Source: Eledone cirrhosa (taxonomy: Eukaryota). Taken from it: DNA of 64,000 nucleotides. The position numbers and the translations under genes were made by a program. Within the stretch, counting starts at the first letter, position 1. Each line of letters opens with the position of its first letter. This document shows positions 1-12,829 of the stretch, in pieces. The stretch is from the NCBI GenBank assembly GCA_964016885.1, contig OZ024743.1, forward strand, positions 47,678,001-47,742,000. Reading direction: 5' to 3'. Under the pieces are notes generated by a model, which saw only the letters and a list, made by a program, of their open reading frames with translations, made no database searches and was not told where the DNA came from.

Positions 1-203
1 AGTTTCCAGTCCAGTCAGACTGCAACTACAAATAAAAAAAAATTGTTAGTTTGCTTTGTAACAATAGCATATCTAAGTTTTTGGATAAATCAACTTACTT
101 TGACCTCATTTCAATGGGACCCTTGAACTTTATGGAGTCTAGCTAACTCTTTGACGTCAGGCTGGATTTTTCGTAAGATGTAGCCGGAGATCTCCACATG
201 TAA

Positions 204-1160
204 TTACATTGTAGCGGTTGCAAGCCTTACTGTGCAGTCTGGAAACCTCCTCTTGACTAAGTATGAGCTTGGAAAAGGCAGAGCAAATCTCTTAGCCTCT
301 GCATGTAGGTGTGGAAATCGACGCTGAATTTCCTCTTGCAGCCAAAAAAGGGGTTCACCTATTTTGGGAAATCTAATTTTGATCATGTCATCTGCTTGAA
401 GTTCAATGAATTCTTCCTGAAATATAACGTCCAAATCATCGACGTTAGCTGTGAAGGGATCTGCTACCCACATTGGGATGTCCATCGGCAAAAGGTCGAC
501 AAACCGTTCTCTCATGTTGTCTTGTAGCGCACAGAGGTGAGCGGTATAAATTTGGAGTTGGTCATCGCTTACAATGTTTTGAACATTGGCGACACTAGGA
601 AAATTATAGAATTCCCGTCAACAAAGATTCCTTTCGATGACATTCAATTTGGCCAGGAATGTTTTCACAGCATTCCTTGATTTAAGCAAGGTGATCTTCT
701 GCAAAGCCAAAATGACGCTATTGCATTTGTCGACGATGTCGGTGAGGTAGGCGCAGTTTTGCCTCACATCGAGGGTTTTCTTGTACAGTTCTGTGTTTCG
801 TCCTCACAGAAACTCAATGATAGAGTCAAACAGTTCAAAGAAGTGAGTAAGGCACTTGCCCTTTGAAAGCCCCCTCACTTCATTATGAAGGAGCAACTTG
901 ACGAATTCTTCGTCATTATTTTGGCACAGTTGCCGGAAAATTCGTTCATTGAGGGAATGCCGTTTGATAAAATTGATGACATCAAGGGCCACCTGCAAGG
1001 ATTTGCTCAGTGGCTTGCTGAGTTTCTTCACAGCCAAGTGTTGTTGATGAATGACACAATGAACAACAAATACAGATAGATTTTCTCTCTTCAGAAGAGT
1101 GACGAAACCCTTATGTTGGCCGACCATTGCTCTAGCGTCGTCCGTAGCACATGATACAAT
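204..1160 (-). mobile_element. Degenerate hAT (Buster/Charlie, ZBED8/SCAND3-like) transposase fragment
   Basis: ORFs 804-1127 (MVGQHKGF..VHCVIHQQHLA..LLLHNEVRGLSKGKCL) and 204-515 (..LPFPSSYL, hAT C-terminal dimerisation region), broken by stops and frameshifts. Confidence 0.85.
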
Positions 1161-1161
1161 G

Positions 1162-1550
1162 TGTGTGTTGTATTTGGTCCTAGATGTATGTATTACCTGC
1201 CTGTGTGTTGTAGGTAGTCATAGATGTATGTATTACCTGTGGTCCTAGATGTATGTATTACCTGAATATGTGTTGTATGTGGTCCTAGATGTTTGTATTA
1301 CCTGATTGTGTGTTTTATGTGGTCCTAGATGTTTGTATCACCTGCTTGTGTTGTATGTGGTCCTAAATGTATGTATTACTTGCCTGTGTGTTGTATGTGG
1401 TCCTAGATGTGTGTGCTACCTCCTTATGTGTTGCATGTAGTCCTAGATGTGTGTATTACCTGCTTATGTGTTGTATGTGGTCCTAGATGTGTGTATTATC
1501 TGATTATGTGTTGTATGTGGTCCTAGATGTGTGTGCTACCCGCTTCTGTG
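1162..1550. repeat. Minisatellite, ~38-bp unit, about 10 copies
   Basis: Repeated tgtgttgtatgtggtcctagatgt(a/g)tgtattacctg abutting the hAT fragment. Confidence 0.9.
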
Positions 1551-1973
1551 TTTTTTTTTATTTGTAATATTATTTATACAATAGGAAATAAAATAGATCT
1601 ACATAGTGTTAACTCGTTACGGTTGAGTCAATAATTTCAGACATGAAATACATTGTTATCGGTGAAGGAAAGACAAGATTCTAACTGGCTGCGATTGAAG
1701 TGTCCTTGACCCAGTTGACTGTGGGTTTTTCCATTGTTAGGATCTCAATTGCCGGTTAATGTCTAAACATGCCTGCACGCCTGCGGTCAGACCATAGTTA
1801 TGCTGTCTGCATGCTCATTCAAATGCATTCACACTGGCTGTCTCAAAGACATACAAATATGGCTTATAAAACTTACCAAAGTAAAGAGCCTTCCAGTGCA
1901 CTCCAAAGCTCCAAACGCCCCCTGGGGGTGCATATGTACATGGTCTATAACTATCATCATCATTTCCGTTTAA

Positions 1974-2236
1974 CTCTTTAGCATTTACATTACTTTATAT
2001 ATACTACTGTATTTTCTTAGTAAAGGCTTTCATCATCATCATCATATTCATCGTTTAACGTCTATCTTCCATGCTAGCATGGAAGTTATATAATAACTCA
2101 CATAATAGTGAATCTATGAGATTTTGGTATTATTTATTTTGAGAACAATAGCTTAACTTAAGTATGAGTGGCTAGTTACAGCCAGTTTGAACAGAAAGAA
2201 ATGAGGGAATTCTGGCCGGTTTTAAATGCTAAAGAG
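1974..2236. mobile_element. piggyBac-type MITE (family 1)
   Basis: TTAA on both sides; TIR ctctttagcattta / taaatgctaaagag; related copies at 3029, 36892 and 44922. Confidence 0.75.
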
Positions 2237-2499
2237 TTAACGTCAATTTTTCCATCCTTGCATGGGTTAGACAGGACGTCCATACCGGGAGGCAAGTCTG
2301 GCCATGTGGTGCACCTTCCTCTGGTGAGGACTGTAAATTTGGCTGGGTATTTTACAGCTGGATACCCTTCCTAACAGCAACCACGTTTACAGTGTGATCA
2401 ATATAATGAACCACACAAATTCTGTCCATTTCCATTATATTTCTGATCTGATAAAGTTGTAATAGTCTATGGACACTACACTGTTTGGATATTGCAATA

Positions 2500-2710
2500 A
2501 TAAAGGTTTTTGATTTAGGCACAAGGCCAACAATTTGGGGGAGGGGAACGTAGATTAAATCAAACCTAGTGCGTTACTGGTACTTTACTTTATCGACCCC
2601 GTAAGGATGAAAAGCAAAGTTAACCATGGCAAGATATGACCATAGATTGTAAAGGGACGTAACTATATGCTGCAAAGCATGTTCAATGCTCTACCAAAAC
2701 TGCCAATCTA
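2500..2710 (-). mobile_element. SINE family A (core gcctttcatccttacggggtcgataaa..gtaccag)
   Basis: Reverse-complement match to copies at 12830, 25740, 39410, 54040 and 57655; B-box-like gagttcaaatcc in intact copies. Confidence 0.7.
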
Positions 2711-3028
2711 CCACACTGGATATTGCAATAATATTACAAAATATATACAATGGTTGTGTGAATTCATGTTATGTATTTTTGTTTATTTTGTATATGAATG
2801 TGTACTCCTGTTACATGTGTCTGCATGTGTTCATTGGTGTGTCTATATATGTATGTGGTATGTGGTAGGCATATATACAGGTGGTGTGTGACCAGAGCTG
2901 AGGCATCACTTTCAAGGATTTAGTCGATCAACCCCAGCACATATTTTGAAGTTTGGTACTGGTCTCTTCAATCTCTATTTATCAAACTCTTAAGTTGCAG
3001 GACATTAACAAACAGCACAGGTTGTTAA

Positions 3029-3239
3029 CCCTTTAACATTTAAACTGGCCAGAATTCCCTCACCTCTTTCTACTCAAACCAGCTGTAATGAACTACTCAT
3101 ACTGATATTAAGGTATTATTCTCAAAATAAATAATAACAAAATTTCATAAATTCAATATTATGTGAAATAATTATGTAAGGTAAAGCCTTTACTGTGAAA
3201 ATACAATAGTAAATATAGAGTAACGTAAATGCTAAAGGG
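3029..3239. mobile_element. piggyBac-type MITE (family 1)
   Basis: TTAA-ccctttaacattta ... taaatgctaaaggg-TTAA. Confidence 0.8.
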
Positions 3240-3424
3240 TTAAGAAATGTCGCTGTAAACACACAACATATATATTTAGCAGATGTGTTAATTGGTGTGT
3301 TGGTTGTGTGTTGTACCTGTTGATTTGTGATTGAAGTAGGGAAAGCGATAAGGGACCAACAAAGATATAAACTGCTAACTATTTATTTTAACCATGGAAT
3401 GCAAAATTATATTACATTATATTA

Positions 3425-4128
3425 TGTCTCTAAGATTGTCAAGAAGGCCGAGGGTGTCTTGGCATCACTCAGCAAGACCTTTGTTAGCCGCTCTCCAGCC
3501 ATCTATTTAAAGCTGTATACAGCTATGGTACGACCACACTTGGAATTCGTATCATCAGTCTGGAACCCCTATCTTGCTCAGAACATTGACTTCCTGGAAA
3601 CTGTTCAGAGACGTGCAACCAAGCGCATACCCTCCATCAGACACCTATCATACTCTGAATGCCTTGCTTCTCTGGTCATGGATTCATTGAAGCTCCGACG
3701 TCTGGCAATGGACTTGGTAAACACCCACAAAGTTATTAACCATCTCGCCAACAACAACCCTGAGCACCTTTTTGATCTCCATGTGTCTAACACACGTGGA
3801 CATGCCTACAAAATCAGAAAACAGCACAGCTCCCATGACTTTCGTAAACATATTTTCACGCTCAGAGTTGCTGAAGCATGGAACAAACTGCCTGTGTCAG
3901 TTGTTAGCTGCCGAGACACTGCATCCTTTAAAACACTCATGCTTCCCGAAATACACCAAAACTACACCTGATGTACCCCTTCCATACACATGCACACGTG
4001 TATATCATGACTCGTGCACTTTTCATTTTCCTGACGTTTGTACATTACCCTATGTACTATACATACACTTTTTGATGAGTTGTAGTGCACCTGAGCACTG
4101 TACACAATATTTCATTATTATTATTATT
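3425..4128 (+). mobile_element. CR1-type LINE, 5'-truncated (ORF2 C-terminus, 3'UTR, (ATT)n tail)
   Basis: ORF 3327-3971 contains LYTAMVRPHLEF..VWNPY..LETVQRRATK..TRGH..RVAEAWNKLP; ends in attattattatt. Confidence 0.9.
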
Positions 4129-4359
4129 TTATACAGTTCGCAGAAATAGAATTCTAAGCATGAACAAGAGGTTGTCAGATTATGAGACAAGTCAGGCCAA
4201 GTGACCATGTCTTGCTCATATAGATCTGTATTTTAGCTTGGTTTCTACAGCTGGATGCCCTTCCTAATGCCAAACACGTTAGTATGAACTGAATGCTTTT
4301 TATCATGGTACCAAAACGACCATCTAACAGGATGGATTGGGTGATTTTTCATCACGTCA

Positions 4360-4530
4360 CCAGCAAGACCACCTTACAGAGTGGACTAGGCAGTTTTTGT
4401 TGTCACCAGCATGACCGACCACCTTACAGAGTGGACTAGGCACTTTTTGTTGTCACCAGCATGACCACCTTACAGAGTGGACTAGGCACTTTTTGTTGTC
4501 ACCAGCATGACCACCTTACAGGGTGGACTG
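4360..4530. repeat. Short tandem repeat, ~50-bp unit x3-4
   Basis: Repeated caccagcatgaccaccttacagagtggactaggcactttttgttgt. Confidence 0.7.
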
Positions 4531-4810
4531 GGTTCTTTTAAGTTTCACACAGAAGGCATTGGTCACCTTGAACACAGCAGAAAACACTTGCCCAAGGTGT
4601 GGTGCAGTGCAACTGAACCTGGAATCACATGGTTCCAAAGAGTAATTCTTAACTACACAGAAAAGACTAAAAATATGTCCAGCTAACAGAGTTAAGATTA
4701 GAATTTCAGTTGTTGTTGCTACTACTGCTGTTGCTAATGATGGTGATGAGTATCATGTCTAAGGAGTTAGAAATAAAAGTAAGCCTGTATTTGTGTGAAA
4801 TCTCACTTAC

Positions 4811-4951
4811 CTGTTGACACCTGAGTAAGATAGTTGATTTGCTTTGTAAGTCCAATCTCAACACTTTCAAGAGTTTTAATGAAGCTGGTGGTGTGACTTT
4901 CCACTTGTTTCATGCTGGGTTTGTCTTTGGAAAGTTCTTGAAGAGCCTGGC
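4811..4951 (-). CDS. MED11: Mediator subunit 11, exon 2 (141 nt, phase 1-1)
   Basis: ttttag|GC..ACAG|gtaagt; translates GQALQELSKDKPSMKQVESHTTSFIKTLESVEIGLTKQINYLTQVSTG, carrying the MED11 motif QINYLTQVSTG; the next exon (expected to start GQPHEG) was not found in 1-4810. Confidence 0.93.
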
Positions 4952-5317
4952 CTAAAATCAAAGAGAATCAATAGTAATGGCTTTCAACCCTGTTCCATTT
5001 TGGGCATGATTTCTATAGCTTGATGCCCTTCCTAACACCAAACACATTACAGAGTATACTTCAAGCAGTTCATTACAAGACTAAAGGATACACACTATTC
5101 TACATTGTATCTGTTCATTCAAGGCAATGTGACCAAGAGAGTGAATAGAAGAGAGAGAGCAGTGACAGAAGAACAGCCAGGGTAAATGGGTGAAGGTGGG
5201 AGAGTACAATGAAAGATACTAACTTAATTGGAGAGGGTGACAGAAAGTGGAGTAAGAGTAATGGAAGTGACAGTAATGATCATTGTTTTCCATTTGAAGT
5301 TAATTCATTTTCATTAA

Positions 5318-5538
5318 CCCTTTCAATACCAACCTGCCAAAAACTACTACTGCTGTGATACAACAATGCCACCCATTTTAAATGGTTATGATTTAAATTA
5401 AAATTTTCCAACATAGTTTTATATAAGAATCTTGTTAGAAATCCCATCTTAATTGAAATAATTTTAGTAAATCCCTCCAAATTCTTCAGTAATTAATTCA
5501 AATACAGTGATTTTATTAGAAATGTCGTAATGAAAGAG
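5318..5538. mobile_element. piggyBac-type MITE (family 2)
   Basis: TTAA-ccctttcaatac ... gtaatgaaagag-TTAA; related copies at ~23944-24181 and ~57163-57419. Confidence 0.65.
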
Positions 5539-6659
5539 TTAAGCGAACATCATAGACACAACTTCTTCTTTCAGATACCCTCACCACAAAACAAAAACAG
5601 CCTAATCAAGACAACCTACCTCCCAACAATTTCTGTTATCCCTCAAACCTAGTAAAAACAATTCTATTATCTTCGGCATCAACTGTGCTTCACTTCTAGT
5701 TAGTTAAACAAGTGACAAATGTGATCGTTGGAGATATATCCCCCCAACAGTCCCACAGTGGTTCACTCACAGATGTATAGTCAAAGAAATCCCTACCAGT
5801 AACTACTACCACAGATGTCCAGTCAGTCTAATAACAGGACGTCGCCTGCTCGATAATAGCTAAATCTCGTTACATCACATCAGTTTAGTTATTTCTCCCT
5901 TCTGCAGCTTATAACCTTCTTAACAATGACTTATATTTTAAAATAATTATTTGTTTCTTAATAATACATTTTTTTATGTAAATACAGTTTAACAGGAAAA
6001 GAAAAAAAGAAAATGTAGATTGAGAAGAATGGAATGTAAAATAGGAAAATATAAAGAGAAAAAGAAATCAAACGGAAAAGGGAGGAAATGGCAAGGACTC
6101 TAGTTCAACAGGATGGGAGGTGTTTTATGAAATTTTCGATTATGTTGATGAAAATTTTTTTTTTTTCTCTGCAATGGTTATAGAAATGACATTACGTTCC
6201 TGTATAAAATCTATGACCATAATATCAAATCTAGGTTGCTATTATTCATTATCAACAGGAAATTGAAAAGTATGATGAAAACATTTCAGAGTTTAGCCAA
6301 ATACAAATCGAAAGTATAAGACAAAACATTTAACTAATATAATTTTTTACATTAAATATTTTAAAACTATTTATATATAGTTATTATTTAATACATACTT
6401 TTTAATCAAATATTTGTATTCAGGTTTTATTTTTATTATTCGTGGATTTTTCACGTAGTCTTTATAGATTTCCTTACAGAAATAAAAACTTGTTTTGGGT
6501 TGTCTAAAAGACGGAGTGCTAACCGATGTTGTCCAATTTCTTTCGTAAATTACATATTTTTGCAAAATGCTTAATGAAGTTTTATTTTTAGTTATATATA
6601 TCTAAATTAGAACTATATTACCAATTCTTTTGCAAAGGAGAGTAGATATTAAGCTTATA

Positions 6660-6661
<2 letters not shown>

Positions 6662-6732
<71 letters not shown>
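6662..6732. repeat. (TA)n(GA)n compound microsatellite in MED11 intron 1
   Basis: Directly visible. Confidence 0.95.
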
Positions 6733-7043
6733 ACTTAACACTAGGGCGTGAAATGAGAGCTCATAGTATCCATAGTGTATATACAAGTAAATAAGAAAGA
6801 TTCTAGGAAAGGTTTTTGCGGAAGTGTAACATATCAAATAAACATACATGGATTAAACAATACAACCAAGACTTCACAAGGTACTCGGGACCGGGTAGAA
6901 ACATCAGCCAAAGTTTCTTCAAATTAAACATTGTATTCCTCGATATACATATACAAAATGACGAGATAATTACAAGAATGATCTCAGTCTAAACAAACAA
7001 TGACAATGCAACGTGACATTATTATGTTAGTGGTTCTACAAAC

Positions 7044-7125
7044 CTGAACTATGAATTGCTGTAGCTATATCTCGCTCTATCTGTTCAAGTTGTCGAAGTT
7101 TTTCCACTGGACCAGATCCCATCAT
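7044..7125 (-). CDS. MED11: Mediator subunit 11, exon 1 (ATG at 7125)
   Basis: MMGSGPVEKLRQLEQIERDIATAIHSS-G, donor CAG|gtttgt, phase 1, joins exon 2 in frame; resembles the MED11 N-terminal helix. Confidence 0.9.
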
Positions 7126-7896
7126 GGGACAAATATCTTAAATACCGGTTTACTTTCGTTTTTGATAAAAATTCTTACTCGGCAACTTCAAAATAATCAC
7201 ACCAAAGAAGCATGGCATGCAGTGGAATTGTGGGTAATTAATTATGTCGGTTATCTCCCTTAGCAAGATGGTTTCTATATTTCCTGCGCGTGTTTTGGCA
7301 TTACAGTTAAAGAATGCACGACCCGTGGACCTCATGTGGCCTGCAAACTACTTTTCTGTAGCTGGCGGCAGAACAATTTTTGCGGCTAATATTTTCACAA
7401 ACTTTTGTAATTTGTCCCTGTTTTAATAATATTTATAGTACAATTATTGGAATTTACCAAAAGAAAATTTGAAACCTAAAATTTGTTCCCCTAAATTTCA
7501 TATGTGTATTCAATTTGATGAAGAAAAAATAGCAGTCTATCGTCTGTATTGCAGATTAGCATTGTAACGGGTAGAATTCACATCCCCCAACTCACCCATC
7601 TCACTTTTGGCTCGCTGTGCCTCTCTACCAGGATGTAATGGCCCTTTTGAGCGCTGGAGTAAAATACTTTGCAACATTTAATTACGGCTCTACGTTCTAG
7701 GGTCAATTTAATTAACTTTTCCCTCACAAATTAGAAAGTGTTATTTAGTTCAATTGATAGAATCATAATAAAATGATTTGCAGCATTTGATCTTTGTTTT
7801 AAGTTCAAATCCTGTCAGAACAAACTGTGCCTTAATCCTTCTGGGGTTTATAAAATAAAGTACCAGTCAAGCACTAGGGGCAATGTAGTTGACTTA

Positions 7897-7943
7897 TAAT
7901 AATAATGAAATTATTGTGTACAGTGTTCAGGTGCACTACAACA
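7897..7943 (-). mobile_element. CR1 3'-tail fragment
   Basis: aataataatgaaattattgtgtacagtgttcaggtgcactacaac matches the CR1 tails at ~4080-4128 (reverse complement) and ~30350. Confidence 0.75.
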
Positions 7944-7999
7944 AAAAACCGAGAATGATTGGCGACCATGTGGCGATTATCGTGCACTTAACAATTCTA

Positions 8000-8762
8000 G
8001 GCGATATCCAATTTTAGCTGTCTAAATGCCGCTTACTTGCTGCAGTTGCTGCTTACTTCAATGTATGAGGCTATTCCAACAAATTTACATTCCCCTTTTT
8101 TTTAGCCGTTAAAAGAAATATAGATTTATTTATTTTTATTTTTTTGCGATTTATTTGCCACTGGGGCATAGATTTCTTTATTTGCCCCTTTTTTGTTTGT
8201 TTGTTTTTTTGCGATTTATTAGCCTTTTGGGGTCACACACGCCCCCGTAGAAAGTGTGCGACCTTTCTGCCAGGGAGCACAGAGAGAGGGGGGTGCTCCC
8301 TTCTTCTCTTACCTGTACAAGCCGATATAGAGAGATGGCCCACTTACACGGGCCATTATTGCTACTTTCACCCGAAAAAGGCACTCAGTCCCAGCCAATT
8401 CCATGAAAGATGGGTGAAAGTAGCAATAATGGCCCGTGTAAGTGGGCCATCTCTCTATATCGGCTTGTACAGGTAAGAGAAGAAGGGAGCACCCCCCTCT
8501 CTCTGTGCTCCCTGGCAGAAAGGTCGCACACTTTCTACGGGGGCGTGTGTGACCCCAAAAGGCTAATAAATCGCAAAAAAACAAACAAACAAAAAAGGGG
8601 CAAATAAAGAAATCTATGCCCCAGTGGCAAATAAATCGCAAAAAAATAAAAATAAATAAATCTATATTTCTTTTAACGGCTAAAAAAAGGGGGAATGTAA
8701 ATTTGTTGGAGCCTCATACATTGAAGTAAGCGGCATTTAGACAGCTAAAATTGGATATCGCC
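8000..8762. mobile_element. Non-autonomous foldback DNA transposon (~350-370-bp TIRs, 8-bp TSD), Merlin-like or MULE-like
   Basis: 8000-8373 is the reverse complement of ~8412-8762; termini GGCGATATCC/GGATATCGCC; TSD caattcta at 7992-7999 and 8763-8770; removing it restores the Gypsy RT frame. Confidence 0.9.
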
Positions 8763-11700
8763 CAATTCTACAGTGCCCGATAATTACCCTGTACCTCACC
8801 TGCACGATTTTTCTGCCTCTCTGCAAGGCGCACGCATCTTTTCCAAGGTAGATTTGGTGCGTGCATATAACCAGATACCTATGGAGCCTGCAGACATTCC
8901 GAAGACCGCAATCACAACAGCGTTCGGTTTATTCGAATTCCTGCGAATGCCGTTCGGTCTGCGCAACGCTGCGCAAACTTTTCAGCGGTTTATTGACACC
9001 GTGTTACGCGATCTACCCTTCGTATATGCGTATATTGATGACGTGCTGGTAGCAAGTACTTCCGAGCATGAACACGAGAAGCACTTAGATCTCCTTTTCC
9101 GACGTTTGGCTGAGTACGGTATCATCATCAACCCCAGCAAGTGCCTTCTCGGCGTTCCTTCACTGTCCTTTCTCAGGCACATCATTGATAAAGATGGCAT
9201 TTGTCCACTTCCCGAGAAAGTAGAAGCTATCCGCAGTTTTCCCGCACCTACATCACTTCGGAAACTGCATGAATTCCTCGGTCTGGTGAATTTTAATAGG
9301 CGGTTCATCCCTCATTGTTCCGACGCAGCCAGACTCCTCACGGACCTTCTTCGTAACCGGACTCGCAAAAACGAAGAGATCACTCTAAACGAGGAAGAAT
9401 TGACATCTTTTAACCGCCTGAAGGAAATGTTGGCAAACGCTTCCATGGTCGTTTTCCCCAGGTCTGGCACTCCTTTTTCGCTGCTAGTGGACGCATCAGA
9501 CACAGGGGTTGGAGGCGTTCTACAACAGCATGTCAACGGCGTGTGGCAACCCTTATCCTTCTTTTCTAAGCGGTTGCAACCAGCAGAAACGAAATACAGT
9601 ACCTTTGGCCGCGAACTCTTGGCAACCTATCTTTCAGTTAAGGATTTTCGGCACATGCTCGAAGGATCAGATTTCATGATCTACACGGACCATAAACCAT
9701 TAATTTATGCGTTCCATACCAAACCTGATCGACATTCACCGAGAGAACTCCGACACCTGGATTTTGTCTCCCAATATTCAACTGATATTCGGCATATCAA
9801 GGGATCAGACTACGTAGCAGCCGATGCCCTGTCCCGAATCCAGCTGAACGCAATACATGCGCATTCAGGCATCGACCTTCAATAGATCGCAGCTGACCAA
9901 GAGACTGACGAAGAGTTTATCAAGCTACGAGATTCGCCATCCCTCAAGTTTCAGCAAGTTCCCATTCCTTCTTCTCCGGGACAAATTTGGTGTGACCTTT
10001 CTACCGGTCATGAACGACCGTACGTACCACAGATGCATCGTCGACAAGTTTTTTCTGCTTTACATTGCTTGTCTCACCCGGGAATCCGGGCTACACAGAA
10101 ACTCATCGCTGCTCGTTTTGTGTGAGCTAACATTAACAAGGACGTGCGTGACTGGTCCAGGAGCTGCATTGCCTGCCAGAAAGCCAAAGTCCACAGACAC
10201 ATCAAAACTCCACTCGGCACATTCGCGCAACCTGATGCACGTTTTCATCATGTGCATATCGACATCGTCGGACCTCTACCACCATCACAGAACTACACAC
10301 ACTTGCTCACCTGCATAGATCGATTTTCTCGTTGGCCTGAGGCTTTTCCCATAAATGATACCTCAGCGGAAACAGTCGCTAAAACTTTGGTTTTACACTG
10401 GGTATCACGTTATGGTGCCCCAGCGAAAATAACAACGGACAGAGGACGCCAATTTGACTCCCACCTCTTCAGGGAACTGACTCGCCTGTTAGGATGTAAA
10501 CACATCCACACGACAGCTTATCACCTGCAAGCTAATGGTCTCGTGGAAAGATTCCATCGCCAATTGAAAGCTGCAATAAAAGCATATCCAGACAAGACCC
10601 ACTGGTTTGAATACCTACCACTCATCCTTCTGGGCATTTGATCCACCGTTAAGGAGGAATTCAGACACACACCTGCAGAATTAGTGTACGGCACCACCCT
10701 GGTTCTCCTGGTCAGAGGGTTGCTCCCATCTCTCCTCAGGATGTTCCAGACCCAGTATCATACATACACCGTCTTCGACAATATATGTCTCACCTTGCTC
10801 CTGCAAGCACCTGTCAACAGAACACGGCCACACACGTACCTTCAGACATTAAAGATTGGACACACGTTTTCGTTCGAAACGACACCATCTCAGCTCATCT
10901 TCAACCTCCATATTCTGGCCCTTATCGTGTTCTAAAAAAATATCCGAAATATTTTATTCTCGATCTAGATGGTAAACAGAATTCTGTCAGCGTGGACAGA
11001 TTAAAAAAAGCCATCATGGATACTGTTACAGTCTCTACAGCAGAAATTCCAACAGATTGCTGTCCCAGCGAGCCACCTGTTTCATCTCCAGTCACGAGAA
11101 GTGGACGACGCGTCCATTGGCCCGCCAAGTTGGCACAATATGTGAATTACCGTTAACCTCAAGTGAGTTTCTTAATCATTCTTCGTGCAAAACATTTCCA
11201 TTTTTCTTGTGTTTACTATTTCCCATTTCAAATACAATGAATTTTCTGCTTGAACAATTGCAATTTTTAGTGACCATGTGCTCTTCATAATGAAGAACAT
11301 TATTTATAATGAACATTATTTATTACAAACACAATTTAAGAACAAACATTGTGTATAGCATTGTGTATAACATTTTTTTTTCTTCTCTCTCTTGTTTTTC
11401 AAAAATTTTTATTTTTCTTGTTCTGTAACATTAATTGTGTAATTGCCATAATTTTTATATACATACAAGGCGTGTACATATTCTGTTTTTCATGCACACT
11501 ACAAAACCACATTTGTTTCACCTTTTGGTTCATACACTGAACAATAGATATTTGTGTCCCTCTAACTATTACACTACAAAATATTTTCTCTTTGATCACG
11601 CATTTCACAAATCGCATCCTCAAAACATTGGCCTTCTTTTTTCCCATACACATTCACTCAATAGCTCGAGAATGCCTCGCTATTTTTTTACCACATGCAT

Positions 11701-12087
11701 TCGCTCAAGTCATATGCTGTGGAGCAAGCTGTTACCTTTAGGCAGCATGCTTACGGCCATTCAGTTCACACATTACGGTTATCTTCACTGCCCAGTTAAA
11801 CTTTTTGTCACGCAATTCAGAGGCAGCTCAACCGAAATTGCAACAGGCTCATTCATCACGCCTGCATAAATCTGGTCAAAGTCATTTTATAGTTTATTTC
11901 TTTTTTCTCTTCCTGACACACACATCTTGCCATATCATCTCTACATCGACTCTGTCCTGTACTCGATGATCACAAAATTTCACGTGCTGGACACTCCTGG
12001 GGCTATTGTCATGACAAATGCACCACTGGCTCATTCCTATACGATATTTCGCTCTTTTGTTGTACAAAAGATCTGGCAGGGGGCTAA

Positions 12088-12585
12088 TGTACAGCCACCA
12101 GAAATAACATCTGTGAAATATACAGCGCCATCTACCTGTTAGCTAGCTACCTGAAACGTGAAACAAAAGAACCCTTAAAACCTACCAGAATAAACGCCTA
12201 CACATCGACTAAACAACAAAGGATTGTTCCTGTATAAATAGAGTGGTCCCTAACACTTTCGCTAGTCGACATTTGGCAGTCAGCTAGCGTATCGTTGTCC
12301 TCGCCTCTGCCACGCTTTGTCACTCACACACGCCTTGTACCTCGTATCGTCGCTTCATGTGAAAATAAATAGCTGATCGAATTTACATCTCGCCTTGCTT
12401 CGTCCTTTCAACTTGTGCTTTCGTCTGTCCATCCTCAACAGTTCTTTTAAGGGCTATATGCGACAACAGTCCTTTTAAGGGCTATCTTCAGATCTGATCA
12501 GACCGTATGTGATAACAGTCCTTCTAAGGACTATTCTCGGATCTGATCAGAAGTAGTGACTAGACTGACTAACCACGTCACTACA
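12088..12585 (+). repeat. Gypsy 3' LTR
   Basis: Preceded by polypurine tract ggcagggggc; TGT...ACA ends; tataaata at ~12233 and aataaa at ~12364. Confidence 0.75.
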
Positions 12586-12829
12586 GTTACATAAATCAAC
12601 CACAGTACTTGACTGGAATTAATTCTATCAACTCCAAAATGATGAAAGGCAAAGTTGACCTCATAGTGTTCAAATCCTGCTGCGAACTTTGCATTTCATC
12701 CTGAGGTCAATAAAATAAGCTCTGGTCAAGTACTGGTGTCAGTTGAACCAACTCTACCTTTTCCTCAAAATTTCTGGTTGTATGAATTAGAAACCCTAAT
12801 GATCCATTATTATTGGCAGTATCAGTATA

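Larger units (their letters stand above)
7944..12585 (+). mobile_element. Gypsy/Ty3 LTR retrotransposon (CsRN1-like), 5'-deleted: pol RT-RNaseH-integrase pseudogene plus 3' LTR
   Basis: DWRPCGDYRALNNS|TVPDNYP (split by an insertion), YAYIDD, LLVDASD..YTDHKPL, HHCC zinc finger (H..HPG..CIAC), integrase core HIDIVG..TDRG..NGLVER; premature stops at 9883, ~10123 and 10639 plus a frameshift. Confidence 0.93.

Noticed and set aside
8144-8641. Mirror-image 110-aa and 65-68-aa ORF pairs
   Set aside because: A consequence of the palindromic transposon; no recognisable domain.
11435-11869. Possible env-like ORF in the Gypsy 3' region
   Set aside because: No signal peptide, furin site or clear transmembrane pattern, and no ATG at the ORF start.
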